DNA from: a virus
IMG/VR virus record: IMGVR_UViG_3300017782_000001
Reading direction: 5' to 3' (one strand)
DNA length: 64,000 bases
Shown piece by piece: positions 8,801 through 18,741 of the stretch (its first letter is position 1; every line of letters starts with the position of its first letter). Both the position numbers and the translations under genes were made by a program. Below the pieces are notes generated by a model. It had not been told where the DNA came from and did no database searches. It was given only the letters and a program-made list of their open reading frames with translations.

Positions 8801-9410
8801 CCTGAATTGTGCTGAATGAATCTTTAGCCACGGCTACCCATGGATACCACTCTTCCAAAAACGGAAATCTTCTCTTATCAAGAAATACATCAGTAGGATT
8901 TGCACCATTTGTTCTAGCAAAACTAATAAGACTACGAGCTGCTGCTGGTTTAATCATATATGCATGAGCACCTGGAAAGTAATTCTTAGATGTTAATGGT
9001 CCACTGCCAATAAAAGCAGGTGTTCTAAACTGGCCATATGATGGCTTACCAATGTTAATCATTTGCTTATATGCAAATCCTTGAGTAAGTCTATCATCAA
9101 CAGGTCCCATAAGTACAGCATCGTGTTCAAATACTGCAACAGGCTTATTGGACTCAAGGCACTTTTCCCATAGACTAAAATGGCTTAAGAATGCTGCAGC
9201 ACAGTTTTCTGTTCGAGAGTAAACCTCATCCAAGTTAACTGTAGACACTCCCTTTTGTTGATTTAACACTTCGATTGGATTATCTGCTGGTGTCCAAGCA
9301 TGATATTCACTAATAGGAAATCCATACTTATTGCCTGACTGCTTACATCTTTCAGCAGCCTGCATGGATTGAACATTATCTTTTATACAAATTACATATG
9401 CTGAGGTCAT
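8745..9410 (-). CDS. glycosyltransferase family 25
   Basis: FLSHFSLW, VFEHDA, GAHAYMI. Confidence 0.8.
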   Translation of the reverse strand: MTSAYVICIKDNVQSMQAAERCKQSGNKYGFPISEYHAWTPADNPIEVLNQQKGVSTVNLDEVYSRTENCAAAFLSHFSLWEKCLESNKPVAVFEHDAVLMGPVDDRLTQGFAYKQMINIGKPSYGQFRTPAFIGSGPLTSKNYFPGAHAYMIKPAAARSLISFARTNGANPTDVFLDKRRFPFLEEWYPWVAVAKDSFSTIQVERGCLAKHNYNEDYKIV

Positions 9411-10102
9411 CTTGTTGTTGTAGACTCCATTGGTTGTATTGTGGTATAAAATTGAGTAGTTACACCTAGAAGTTTAATTAGTTGATAACACATTAATGCA
9501 TCGTTTGGCCAAATGCCCGTGTCTTTCATTGTTTCAATTAGCTGTTTTGCACCGTTTGGTTTAAGTATGTATGCACTATTTCCAGCCAATCCTTGAGGAA
9601 TATTAAACTCATCGATTCGAGGTACTGAAATGATGCTATCGGTTTCCCTCTGAATCATATCTTTATATGTACGAGCCTTACGAGTTGCACCGATTGGATC
9701 ATTAATTCCTACAATGGAAAACTTACTATCAATAATATATTGAGGATCAAGATGGCGTACAAATTTAGCATCATGCTCAAGAATCAGCATTGGCTCATTG
9801 GTTTCAATCACTTCTTTCCATAGTGTCCAATGTGACAAAAAGCATGCAATACGCTTTTCTGGTACTTCTGTAGGATATGCTGTAAGCTTTAGCCCTGTAC
9901 CAAAATCATTTCTTACACCTTCAAGAGGATATGTCCATTGGATCATATTTGAGTTCATAATATGAGGTACTTGCTCAGGTGTAATAGCATCAAAGGTTTC
10001 AATATCAAATGTATTGTGTAACTTTTTGCTGCTTTTAATACATGTAGCTGCGTTTAGCTCACTACCACTATGCCCTTTAAGGGTAATAATTTTTGCTTTC
10101 AT
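9407..10102 (-). CDS. glycosyltransferase family 25
   Basis: FDAITP, CFLSHWTLW, ILEHDA, GNSAYIL. Confidence 0.85.
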   Translation of the reverse strand: MKAKIITLKGHSGSELNAATCIKSSKKLHNTFDIETFDAITPEQVPHIMNSNMIQWTYPLEGVRNDFGTGLKLTAYPTEVPEKRIACFLSHWTLWKEVIETNEPMLILEHDAKFVRHLDPQYIIDSKFSIVGINDPIGATRKARTYKDMIQRETDSIISVPRIDEFNIPQGLAGNSAYILKPNGAKQLIETMKDTGIWPNDALMCYQLIKLLGVTTQFYTTIQPMESTTTR

Positions 10103-10719
10103 TAACTTAACTCAATAATATAAGAATCTGGTTGACCTGTCTTATCTCTTAAATCGTGCCTAGTAATCTTTTTATTACTATTAGCCAATGATTTAAGAAA
10201 CATTTCGTTATCCAATGCATTGTAAGCATGAGCATTTCTTTGTAACCACGGATGTGCTAGCTGCTTTGTAGTCATACTTTCGAGTGGCCATACATCTTCA
10301 ATAAAGTATGTACCTCCATCGTTAAGAAGAGGTAGACATGCATGTAAAGTTTTCATATTTGCAGCAGGTGTATGCATTGCATCATCAATAATAATATCAA
10401 ACTTAATGGCTCCCCATGTTGATCGTACACGTGGACCAATCGCCATGTTTTGAGAATCACCCCTCATAAGGTGTACTCTTTCTTGTCCATAGCATACTGT
10501 ATCAGGAATAGCTACTCTCTTAAACACATCTATGCCGTGGACTTGAGCATTAGGAAAATATTCAAGCAGCGCCATAGTTGAGGCTCCTTTGAATACACCA
10601 ATTTCGAGAATGTTAATTTCATCATCTTTATGTTTCTCAAACAGTGGCTCATACACCGTATCATACATGTGCTTTGCGGTTTTATCGCATTTATATTTGT
10701 CAAATAGCTTACCTAGCAT
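10102..10719 (-). CDS. class I SAM-dependent (sugar O-) methyltransferase
   Basis: ILEIGV, DIIIDDA.H, GGTYFIED. Confidence 0.85.
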   Translation of the reverse strand: MLGKLFDKYKCDKTAKHMYDTVYEPLFEKHKDDEINILEIGVFKGASTMALLEYFPNAQVHGIDVFKRVAIPDTVCYGQERVHLMRGDSQNMAIGPRVRSTWGAIKFDIIIDDAMHTPAANMKTLHACLPLLNDGGTYFIEDVWPLESMTTKQLAHPWLQRNAHAYNALDNEMFLKSLANSNKKITRHDLRDKTGQPDSYIIELS

Positions 10720-10734
10720 TATATAGTCTTCCTA

Positions 10735-11136
10735 TCATTTCTTAAAATTTACTGAATGTTGTCGGCCTTCATATGTAAAGACGATAGTGCTGTGGCTATA
10801 TACTTCACGTCGTTCTTCTTCGTATCGTGTTTCAGTTCTACACTGTGGGCCTTGATTTTTATTTCTTTCAGTATTATATACACCGCCAAGAAAAGCACCA
10901 AGAGCACCGCCATTATTTTCTCCAGGAATATTGTTGCCAATAGCTCCACCTACAATAGCGCCTTCAAGAAAGTTCTGAACTTCAGATTTATTGTTGCCGC
11001 CTCCTTGTGTACACACCTCAACAGTGTACGGTTTTTGAACAATTACACTTTTGTAGTGATCAGTAATCGCTTCGGCTATTGCAGGAGTGCAACCAGATAT
11101 TCCTATCATGCAAGCGGCAGTAAGTAAATGTTTCAT
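10735..11136 (-). CDS. glycine-zipper exported/membrane protein
   Basis: Signal peptide MKHLLTAACMIG; GAIVGGAIG...GALGAFLGG. Confidence 0.75.
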   Translation of the reverse strand: MKHLLTAACMIGISGCTPAIAEAITDHYKSVIVQKPYTVEVCTQGGGNNKSEVQNFLEGAIVGGAIGNNIPGENNGGALGAFLGGVYNTERNKNQGPQCRTETRYEEERREVYSHSTIVFTYEGRQHSVNFKK

Positions 11137-11137
11137 T

Positions 11138-11821
11138 TTAAGACCTTTCCCAGAAGTTTTTTTGTGCAGAAGTATCAAAGTCAAATCCAAAATAGTCAAC
11201 GTCAGCTTTGTACCAATCACCTATAATCTGAATAGTTTGAGGCGTGTACATATCTTTGTAACTACCTTTATTTAGTGCAGTTACATTTCTAGCTCTTGAC
11301 ATATTTTGCAAATCAAAATAATCAATAAGATCGTTACTTAAGTTTTCAAGTCGTAAGCAATCGCAGCGTACATTACCTTGCTCATCGGTAATGTGATCCA
11401 TAGCAGGATACCAGCCTCTAACAGCACGATGCCACATATATTCTTCTTCACCCCACTTAAACCTTTCATCCAAAAATGCTTCGAATGAAGATGTATTAGC
11501 ATATCGACTAGACTCTTTTTGCTCTACCTCAATGACCTTTTTAGCAAAGAAATACCTTGAAACTACACGATCCCAGGGGTTACGAATTACAGCAAATGCT
11601 GGATTTGACTCACGGTAATCTTCATTAAGATCTCGCCATCGAGCATGCTCGTTACCGTGATGATCACCAGTTTTTGCCATTTGTTCATGTAGGCCTTTTG
11701 TATATGCCTTTGACTTATGACGGTCAGGAGAATTAACTAATATTTTATCTCTTAATTGTGTGCTATGCCGAATAGTCATACCAGCATTTTTAGGGATATG
11801 TACGAAGATAGTTTTAGACAT
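11138..11821 (-). CDS. carbohydrate sulfotransferase (Sulfotransfer_2)
   Basis: HIPKNAG 5'-PSB and RNPWDRVVSRY 3'-PB motifs. Confidence 0.88.
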   Translation of the reverse strand: MSKTIFVHIPKNAGMTIRHSTQLRDKILVNSPDRHKSKAYTKGLHEQMAKTGDHHGNEHARWRDLNEDYRESNPAFAVIRNPWDRVVSRYFFAKKVIEVEQKESSRYANTSSFEAFLDERFKWGEEEYMWHRAVRGWYPAMDHITDEQGNVRCDCLRLENLSNDLIDYFDLQNMSRARNVTALNKGSYKDMYTPQTIQIIGDWYKADVDYFGFDFDTSAQKNFWERS

Positions 11822-12590
11822 GTTTCATTAGTTCCTCTACGTTCTCGCCTTTTTGAGGTAGCTTATCTTTCAAAAAGAAATGTACAAAGTGGCATTGCGT
11901 GATATTAGTGTTGGCTGTAAACAGACCGTTCCATTTCCAGTCCATATTTTTTACTTTTACACGTGATGATTTCATAAAGTAATTCAAAAGCGTTTGATCT
12001 GTCGACCATTTCCACGGACCAACACCATCAACAAAATCCTTAAATTGCGGTTGAGTAATCCAGTCTTTCGGTGACATACCTTTAAGATGCTTTTGAAAGC
12101 CTTTATTCATTACCATCATACCCATGTTAAAGAATTCGTAGCCAAATCTGTTTGGCATAAAATCTACTTTACCATGAAGCTTACCATATTGCATTTGCGA
12201 ATAGTTTATAATTTTTCTTGCGTATTGCTCTGTAATTGGCATATCGCGTTCAGCAACACCACCAAAATCAAATTCAGGTGGTAGCTCATTAAAAATGTTT
12301 GGAGAGCCTGGTCTAATCCATATGTCGGAGTCTATGATAGCTACTTGATCATAATCATCAAAGTATTCAAAGGCCACTTCCTTTTCAAAAATTGGAAGAT
12401 AGCCTAGTCTATCAACAGCCTCTTTACTACGACCAGTATTAAACGGATCAGGTCTTACCATTAGTTTAGGCTTAGTAAGTATAACATGATCTATATCATG
12501 CTCTTTACAGTATGCCGCTACTGAATTTGTGCAGTGGTCATATAGCGCAGATTTTTTACCTACGTAAACCTGAAATATAAGCTGTTTCAA
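11814..12590 (-). CDS. GT-A glycosyltransferase
   Basis: IIDSD, FNMG, DQTLLN, FVHF. Confidence 0.8.
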   Translation of the reverse strand: MKQLIFQVYVGKKSALYDHCTNSVAAYCKEHDIDHVILTKPKLMVRPDPFNTGRSKEAVDRLGYLPIFEKEVAFEYFDDYDQVAIIDSDIWIRPGSPNIFNELPPEFDFGGVAERDMPITEQYARKIINYSQMQYGKLHGKVDFMPNRFGYEFFNMGMMVMNKGFQKHLKGMSPKDWITQPQFKDFVDGVGPWKWSTDQTLLNYFMKSSRVKVKNMDWKWNGLFTANTNITQCHFVHFFLKDKLPQKGENVEELMKHV

Positions 12591-12838
12591 GCTTCAACAC
12601 CTTTCTGCTGCAGTTTTTCCATCTGTTCAAAAACAGATTCTGCCGGTGCACAATAAATTTGATCCACTGGCTGACCGTCGTAATGAGATCTAGCAATATT
12701 TACAATAAGGAACTCATTCACTTCAACAAATGCTTTGCATGTTGTAGGGTTTGGAAAAGGGTAACCTACAAATGCATACATATCTGTGTGTTGCGATGGT
12801 GACGTATTCAGCATCGCTACGACGATCAGCCATTTCAT
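12587..12838 (-). CDS. hypothetical exported protein
   Basis: GGAG RBS, hydrophobic N-terminus, two Cys. Confidence 0.6.
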   Translation of the reverse strand: MKWLIVVAMLNTSPSQHTDMYAFVGYPFPNPTTCKAFVEVNEFLIVNIARSHYDGQPVDQIYCAPAESVFEQMEKLQQKGVEA

Positions 12839-12848
12839 ATCTTATCTC

Positions 12849-13403
12849 CTATAAGGTATTTTTATATATCTCTATAGCTTTAGGTAGTTCTTGATCTAAG
12901 AGATATTCATTATAGTCATCTTTATCTGTTTGGAACCGGATACCAATACCGCCATGATCAATCCATTTTTTAATGTTGTCAGGCTTATCGTCGATAAGAA
13001 TGTTTGGTGTACCTTTAAGTTTACACCTAGCATACTTATGTTTGTTACTGGTAAAGATAAGATTTTCCATATCTTGTGGCATCCAACCATGATCTTGTAG
13101 CCAAACTCGCTTCCAATAAGCTGAGTTCATTGTATCGTTACGAAGAGGAGATGAACAGATACCCCAACCCATACCAGCCTGTTGAGCCATAAATTGAGTT
13201 TCTCTGATAATAGCCTTTGAAATATTATAACCATTTTCATCCCAAAACACTGGTAACTTATTAAAGAAGTCAGTGTTATGTAAATCCATTAAAGATTTTT
13301 CTTTTTCTTTAATAGACTTCCAGTGAACGGCACCGCAGCTATCAGCCCAGAGACCGAAGAAGTCTGCAATAACGCCGTCCATGTCTAAATATATGTTAGC
13401 CAT
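12849..13403 (-). CDS. HAD 5'(3')-deoxyribonucleotidase
   Basis: YLDMDGV, K..W, LIDD. Confidence 0.85.
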   Translation of the reverse strand: MANIYLDMDGVIADFFGLWADSCGAVHWKSIKEKEKSLMDLHNTDFFNKLPVFWDENGYNISKAIIRETQFMAQQAGMGWGICSSPLRNDTMNSAYWKRVWLQDHGWMPQDMENLIFTSNKHKYARCKLKGTPNILIDDKPDNIKKWIDHGGIGIRFQTDKDDYNEYLLDQELPKAIEIYKNTL

Positions 13404-13654
13404 TATTTGTTCCTCCAAGCTTCAATTGTTGATCTATAAGATGATGGTGAAAGCTTTTCCCATACATCAAGAGGAGCAAGACCTTGCTGACGTAACTCTT
13501 TATAGTAATTTACAGTAAGCTTATTGTTGATCAAGAATTTCTTGAACTTGGCTTTAGTAAATGGACCTTTTGAGTACTTAAATCGAGCCACAATTTCACC
13601 ATCATATCTTAGATATTCTGAGTCGTTTGTGAATTTTTCTTTATAATAAAACAT
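13403..13654 (-). CDS. hypothetical early protein
   Basis: Start MFYYK after conserved leader. Confidence 0.7.
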   Translation of the reverse strand: MFYYKEKFTNDSEYLRYDGEIVARFKYSKGPFTKAKFKKFLINNKLTVNYYKELRQQGLAPLDVWEKLSPSSYRSTIEAWRNK

Positions 13655-13660
13655 TTTTCT

Positions 13661-13730
13661 TTTCCTTTTCCATTTTATAGTACTATTATACCACAGTTTT
13701 AATGGTTTGTACACCATTAAATGCATTTTA
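13661..13730 (-). promoter_or_regulatory. early promoter, class I
   Basis: GTGTACA-17-TATAAT, leader ATAAAATGGAAAAGGAAAAG, upstream AAATGCATTT. Confidence 0.85.
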
Positions 13731-13770
13731 ATTGAAAAAGGTTTCTAACAAAATCAATGGCTTATGATTT

Positions 13771-14439
13771 TTATCCAAATAATTTTCTTGTTTGGTACTC
13801 TTTAATCGTATCTTCTAGCAATTTAATGTGATTATCGCGGTGTTCTTTGAATATTAAAGGCCTTTCATAATCAACATCCATTATAACAACAGTATTTGTA
13901 ATAGGCATACCTGTACGTTCTTCCCACATGACAGCGTATCCTGCCATCTGTGCAAAGTAATTAGATATGTTTTTCTTTTGCTTAATTCTTTTAGATGTCT
14001 TAAAATCAATAATTGAAGGTACACCATCAAACATGGCTACACAATCAACTCGACCAGCAACGCCAAGATGTCTACTATACAATGGAACTTCTAGTCCGTA
14101 TATAGTAGACAATCTGTCGTCTAAAATTGGCTTAAGGTTATTAAGACTATGCTGAATATGTGGTAAAAAGTCGGTAGTATCTTCATTCCTTAAATATCGT
14201 TCAACAATACTATGTACAGCAGTACCGCGATTAGAAGCTCTAAAACCAATGCGATTGGCCTCCTCTTCTCCCACTCGTTTTCGCCATGCCCTAATAGCAT
14301 CCTCACTAAGGATCGAAAGTACCGTCGTAATAGAAGGATATTTAGCTCCATCAGGAGCAGTATAGGTCCGCCCCTTTTTGGTAGTATTTGCTGATAAATC
14401 TTCATAGCCTAAATCAACTGGCTGATAGTCAAATTTCAT
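13771..14439 (-). CDS. PD-(D/E)xK exonuclease
   Basis: YPSITTVL, RGTAVH, E..L, GRVD, IIDFKTS, Q...Y. Confidence 0.85.
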   Translation of the reverse strand: MKFDYQPVDLGYEDLSANTTKKGRTYTAPDGAKYPSITTVLSILSEDAIRAWRKRVGEEEANRIGFRASNRGTAVHSIVERYLRNEDTTDFLPHIQHSLNNLKPILDDRLSTIYGLEVPLYSRHLGVAGRVDCVAMFDGVPSIIDFKTSKRIKQKKNISNYFAQMAGYAVMWEERTGMPITNTVVIMDVDYERPLIFKEHRDNHIKLLEDTIKEYQTRKLFG

Positions 14440-14573
14440 AATAAATCTCAGGTTTTATGTGTATTTTTGATACATGTAATATGCGTGTTGTTCTTCAGTC
14501 ATTTTAGGAGGCTTATTAGGCTTTCTAGCTGTTGGGCCTTTTCTCCAGCGTGGCTGCAACTTTTCAAGCTGTC

Positions 14574-15131
14574 TTATTGATGCCCAGTTTTTTTTTGATC
14601 GTCTGGATTAATCATAACTTCACAATCACGCCATACATGATTAACGCGGTTTGTCCAACCTTTTCCAAACGTTTCCCAGTGGTCTAAACCTTTTAGGAAT
14701 TCAATTCTTTTACTAAGAAGTCTGTCTACACATTCCAGTGTGCCATATTCTTCACAAAAATCGTTAATAGCTTGGATCGTATTTGGACCAATACCACCAT
14801 CGACTGTTGTACCAACTACTTCTTGAATATGTCTACCAGCTCTACCACCGCCACTATTTACAGCATAATCAAACACTGCATAATCAAGACCGTGAGGCAA
14901 ATCGTTTCCTCTGACAAGATTCCAATAGTTTGTACGATATAGCTCTGTGACATCTGCCACAGTTAATGCACGCATTTCATCTACCGTTACTTTTGTACCG
15001 GTAAAATCTTCCCATACTCGTTTTGTAACTCCTAAATTTGTAACACCACCTGGATCTTTAGGATGATCTACAAATCCACCTTCTGATCTTAACATTCTTT
15101 CGAGTGATAGATCGAAATTTTCTGCTGCCAT
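14574..15131 (-). CDS. GH108 lysozyme/endolysin
   Basis: EGGFVDHPKDPGGVTNLGVT, FDYAVNSG, DGGIGP, FGKGWTNR. Confidence 0.92.
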   Translation of the reverse strand: MAAENFDLSLERMLRSEGGFVDHPKDPGGVTNLGVTKRVWEDFTGTKVTVDEMRALTVADVTELYRTNYWNLVRGNDLPHGLDYAVFDYAVNSGGGRAGRHIQEVVGTTVDGGIGPNTIQAINDFCEEYGTLECVDRLLSKRIEFLKGLDHWETFGKGWTNRVNHVWRDCEVMINPDDQKKTGHQ

Positions 15132-15141
15132 TGATTTCCTC

Positions 15142-15837
15142 CTAATAGCCTAACATTTCTTTTGTCATAATATAGTCACGAACAAAATCGGATCTCACAA
15201 TGTCATCCCACCCAAAGTTAATGACACTAAAGTTATTCAGTCTTTCTACAATATTGAGGAATTGAAGGATCCCATCCTTTTCATCCTTATACTTAAAATC
15301 TGTTTGACGGTAATCACCAGAGAATATTATTCTACAGTTATTACCTACACGAGTGATGATCGAATCAAGCTCGTGGAAGTTCATATTTTGCATTTCATCA
15401 ACAATGATTATTGAGTTATCATATGTGATACCACGAATAAATGATGTTGACTCAAACTCAACAAGCTTACTATTTATAAGCTTGTTATAGGCTGCAACGT
15501 CGCCAACTAATTCAGAAAAAATAGCTTTGTATGGCGCCGAAAATACGTCCTTTTTTTCATCTGCAGAACCAGGCAAGAATCCCATTTCTCTTACAGGTAC
15601 TACAGATCTAACAATTACTAGCCTTTGGTATTCTTTTTCAAGTACAGCCTCAAGGCCTAGGTAACAAGCAATAAACGTTTTACCTGTACCAGCGCTACCA
15701 GATAACACTAAATTATCACCTTCATCCCAAGAAGCAAATGCTATTTCTTGATTTGCAGTGATTGGGTCAAAGTCATATAAATCAGTGATCTTTACGTTAG
15801 CTCCTCCATTAGAGCCTCTGCCATCGCGTGCCTTCAT
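15142..15837 (-). CDS. phoH: PhoH family ATPase
   Basis: GSAGTGKT, GFLPG, RGITY, DEMQN, TRVG, GDYRQTD, DIVRS. Confidence 0.95.
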   Translation of the reverse strand: MKARDGRGSNGGANVKITDLYDFDPITANQEIAFASWDEGDNLVLSGSAGTGKTFIACYLGLEAVLEKEYQRLVIVRSVVPVREMGFLPGSADEKKDVFSAPYKAIFSELVGDVAAYNKLINSKLVEFESTSFIRGITYDNSIIIVDEMQNMNFHELDSIITRVGNNCRIIFSGDYRQTDFKYKDEKDGILQFLNIVERLNNFSVINFGWDDIVRSDFVRDYIMTKEMLGY

Positions 15838-15844
15838 ATTTTCC

Positions 15845-16084
15845 TCAATACGTTTTAATATTGTCGGTGCCAGCACCGTTATTATTTTTAATATTTTTCA
15901 AATGCTGTCGCCAGTCTTCACTGGTTTTGGCTAAAGTTTCTTTAGCCTGAGATACCATACCAACCGTAGTTAGCTTACGCTGTAAGCTAGGATTGTCTTT
16001 TACAAAGGCATCGTATTCAGCCATTTTTATCGTATGAGTTTCAGTGCCACCTGTAACAGTGTTGAGGAAATCATAATTAGGCAT
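15845..16084 (-). CDS. FmdB-like small protein
   Basis: MPNYDF start, position upstream of phoH as in T4-like phages. Confidence 0.55.
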   Translation of the reverse strand: MPNYDFLNTVTGGTETHTIKMAEYDAFVKDNPSLQRKLTTVGMVSQAKETLAKTSEDWRQHLKNIKNNNGAGTDNIKTY

Positions 16085-16110
16085 ACATCTTATCTCCAAA
16101 ATCTATAATA

Positions 16111-16686
16111 TTATATATATGCATTTACATTATACTTAAACCAAGATGGAACATCACGCTTAGTCCATACCATTTTGAAGCGATCCTGCTTGGTTTGATA
16201 AAATGCTTGATATGCTTTGACTGGATCGCCAAGAGCAATACATTCAGGATTTGATTTCATTGCAAGTTTGAATTCTGTCAACTTGTTTTTCTGTGGCATA
16301 TTCACTGGCATAATACTAAGGATGTCACGTAGAACTCTATCGGTTTTATGAGTTTTACCATAGCGATACGTATACTCGTCGCATAGTGCAAGAAAGTGTT
16401 CGTAGTGCCATTTATAGTTTTCGGAAGATTCCATAGACCATACGGTACAAGGATGAGCAGTATGTACTGCATTATAGAGTGTGGTTTCGTAATGCTTATT
16501 TTCCATACGCCAGTATTTGACCATAGTCTTACCAGATTTAGATGGACGTTTTTCCATAGTACCATCAAGCATTCGATGAGTCGTGGAAAGCATTTGACCA
16601 CTTTCCACGATCATTTTAGGTACGTGTTTGTCGCATTGTTGCTGTGCAGCCTCAATAGGACAAGTGGATAAAATAAACAAATTCAT
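16111..16686 (-). CDS. pyrimidine-dimer DNA glycosylase/endonuclease V-like
   Basis: DKHVPKMIVESGQML, HPCTVW, EYTYRYGKTH. Confidence 0.75.
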   Translation of the reverse strand: MNLFILSTCPIEAAQQQCDKHVPKMIVESGQMLSTTHRMLDGTMEKRPSKSGKTMVKYWRMENKHYETTLYNAVHTAHPCTVWSMESSENYKWHYEHFLALCDEYTYRYGKTHKTDRVLRDILSIMPVNMPQKNKLTEFKLAMKSNPECIALGDPVKAYQAFYQTKQDRFKMVWTKRDVPSWFKYNVNAYI

Positions 16687-16714
16687 AATATAGCTCCAAT
16701 TTCAATTATAGTTA

Positions 16715-16744
16715 ATTATACCACAGTTAGGCTTATTTGTAAAC
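16715..16744 (-). promoter_or_regulatory. early promoter
   Basis: GTTTACA-17-TATAAT. Confidence 0.75.
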
Positions 16745-16752
16745 CTTTAATT

Positions 16753-16911
16753 TTAGCATGCCATCGCTCCTTCAAGATAGGTTTTAAGGTATTCTTTCTT
16801 CTCATGAATTTTTTTAAGAAGATCGGTTTTTCCTTTCTTTTTGAGTTTTTGTTCGTATGTCTCTAGATTTTCAATATCTGTTCTTAAACGTTCGAACTGA
16901 ATAACTGGCAT
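16753..16911 (-). CDS. small hypothetical protein (52 aa)
   Basis: AGGAG RBS; MPVIQFERLRTDIENLETYEQKLKKKG... Confidence 0.65.
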   Translation of the reverse strand: MPVIQFERLRTDIENLETYEQKLKKKGKTDLLKKIHEKKEYLKTYLEGAMAC

Positions 16912-16926
16912 ATTAACTCCTTAAAG

Positions 16927-16962
16927 TAAAAAAGCACCTGCCTCCTGTTGAAGGTGGGTGCT
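16927..16962 (-). terminator. putative intrinsic terminator
   Basis: AGCACC...GGTGCT imperfect hairpin followed by T-run. Confidence 0.5.
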
Positions 16963-16995
16963 TCGATAATGGTTTAGGTTTGACACGCTACTAAT

Positions 16996-17409
16996 CTATT
17001 CAGGTGTACATAATCCTGGAAATGCCTCATCTACAACTGCTCGACTGATACCATTAATTGGTGTTTTGTTAATCATGCTTATGACTAGCTCCGCGTCGCT
17101 TGGATCACAACCTTCTAAGACTTCAATGAACATTCTTTCTCGTTTGGCCTTTAACATATCTGGACCGCCTACAACAAAATACCTGAACTTTTTATTTTCT
17201 CGTTGGAGATTTGCAGGTGCTGCGTGGGCAGGTGCAGGGGTATATGGTGGGCTTCCACTTGGAAGATTCCATTTAATCTTTTGGTCGTATGTTCCTCTTA
17301 GGACATCCCTAAGAGCCGGGGTGTTGTTCTCTTTGAGAACTTGTATTTTTTCTGCTTTAGTTCTTTTTTTAGAAGCAGATTCAATAATCTCATATATCAG
17401 CATAGCCAT
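16996..17409 (-). CDS. conserved T4-like hypothetical protein downstream of rnh
   Basis: W.LP.G.PPY, KRE..FI..LEG. Confidence 0.75.
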   Translation of the reverse strand: MAMLIYEIIESASKKRTKAEKIQVLKENNTPALRDVLRGTYDQKIKWNLPSGSPPYTPAPAHAAPANLQRENKKFRYFVVGGPDMLKAKRERMFIEVLEGCDPSDAELVISMINKTPINGISRAVVDEAFPGLCTPE

Positions 17410-18266
17410 TATGAAATAAACTCCTCTATAGATTCTAGTAGATTTTTCATTCGTTTGTCTACAAAGTAAGGAAAGACTTTACCTTTATTATCACAAGGGT
17501 CCTGTTCCTTAAATGTATTTATAATTTTTTCTACTACAGGCTTAGGTGTTTCCTTAAGGTCGATAAGTTGCTTATTACGGCAATAGTTACGATACCATGA
17601 AGCAGCATATAATAGCTCACCATCTTCAAGGTCAACCATAATAGCTTCTTTCTTTTTCTTAGTTAAAGGTGTTTGTCTACGACCTTCAACAAAGCAATCA
17701 TCGTCTGATAGTACATTAGGTACACCATCAGAACCATCGCCAGATAAGATCAAATTCATAAGCTGTAGCCTAGGATTTTCTTCTACAATAAACTTTTTAG
17801 TCATAGGAGAATACTGCTTGACATTAGACATTGTTTGAAGCTGAGCAAAATCTTTATCTGCTGATATAATCATAACAGGCTCATACTGGCCAAACTCTTG
17901 AGTATTGTAGGCAATGTGAGCGATAGCATCATCAGCTTCGCATTCACCAACATGTACTACCTTATAAGGAAAGTTTTCTTTAATGTCTTCGCGGACATCA
18001 TTGATAATACGAAAGATTTCATTCCAATCAAGACTAGAAGCATCGCGGTTTTTACGACGGCTAGCCTTATACTGAGGATATACTTCTTTACGCCAGTTTT
18101 GCCAACCATCAGCTACAATTACTACTTCTCCGTATTCTTTTTTGAACCTTTTACGGTACATACGGATAGAGTTGAGGATCATATGACGAATTAGATTTTC
18201 ATCAATGTCCAATCTTTGAGTGATGATGTTGCCAATAGCAATAGCATTGTAATCAATTAAAATCAT
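17409..18266 (-). CDS. rnh: T4-like RNase H (5'-3' exonuclease)
   Basis: MILID, YKASR, EADD, SADKDFAQL, GDGSDGVPN. Confidence 0.93.
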   Translation of the reverse strand: MILIDYNAIAIGNIITQRLDIDENLIRHMILNSIRMYRKRFKKEYGEVVIVADGWQNWRKEVYPQYKASRRKNRDASSLDWNEIFRIINDVREDIKENFPYKVVHVGECEADDAIAHIAYNTQEFGQYEPVMIISADKDFAQLQTMSNVKQYSPMTKKFIVEENPRLQLMNLILSGDGSDGVPNVLSDDDCFVEGRRQTPLTKKKKEAIMVDLEDGELLYAASWYRNYCRNKQLIDLKETPKPVVEKIINTFKEQDPCDNKGKVFPYFVDKRMKNLLESIEEFIS

Positions 18267-18487
18267 TATATAACTCGTTTGTAGGTTATTTTTGAGTGTG
18301 AAATATCAAGTTGGTCACATAATTCCATAATGAAATGTTTGTTATGTGATGCGAATTCGCAGAGGTGGTTTCCACCGCCCGGTCCGTTTGTTTTGAATTT
18401 TGATAAAACGCATCCGTGGGTTGTTGCGAAAAGTTTGATTTCCGGTTTAGTTGAATTGTAATTGATGTCAGTTTCGATTTTATACAT
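18266..18487 (-). CDS. hypothetical early protein
   Basis: Behind class I promoter; GPGGGN motif. Confidence 0.7.
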   Translation of the reverse strand: MYKIETDINYNSTKPEIKLFATTHGCVLSKFKTNGPGGGNHLCEFASHNKHFIMELCDQLDISHSKITYKRVI

Positions 18488-18490
18488 TTG

Positions 18491-18555
18491 TTTCCTTTTC
18501 CATTTTATAGTAATATTATACCACAGTTTTATTGAAAAGTAAACTAAAAAGTGCG
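18491..18555 (-). promoter_or_regulatory. early promoter, class I
   Basis: GTTTAC-TATAAT, leader ATAAAATGGAAAAGGAAA. Confidence 0.8.
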
Positions 18556-18741
18556 TTGATTAGAGATTTTTTTCTCGACCTCTTTGATATGCTTGCACTT
18601 TGAATATGCAATGCAATTACACTCAAATCCGTAGTTGACCATTTCGACATGATATGTATCTCCCTTACTTCCTATTATAGGCCAGCGAACACCAACAAAT
18701 GGATGACCTTTAGTTTCAATTACTTCTGACTGATGCGCCAT
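18544..18741 (-). CDS. SWIM zinc-finger protein
   Basis: GSKGDTY.V...CNC...CKH. Confidence 0.75.
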   Translation of the reverse strand: MAHQSEVIETKGHPFVGVRWPIIGSKGDTYHVEMVNYGFECNCIAYSKCKHIKEVEKKISNQRTF

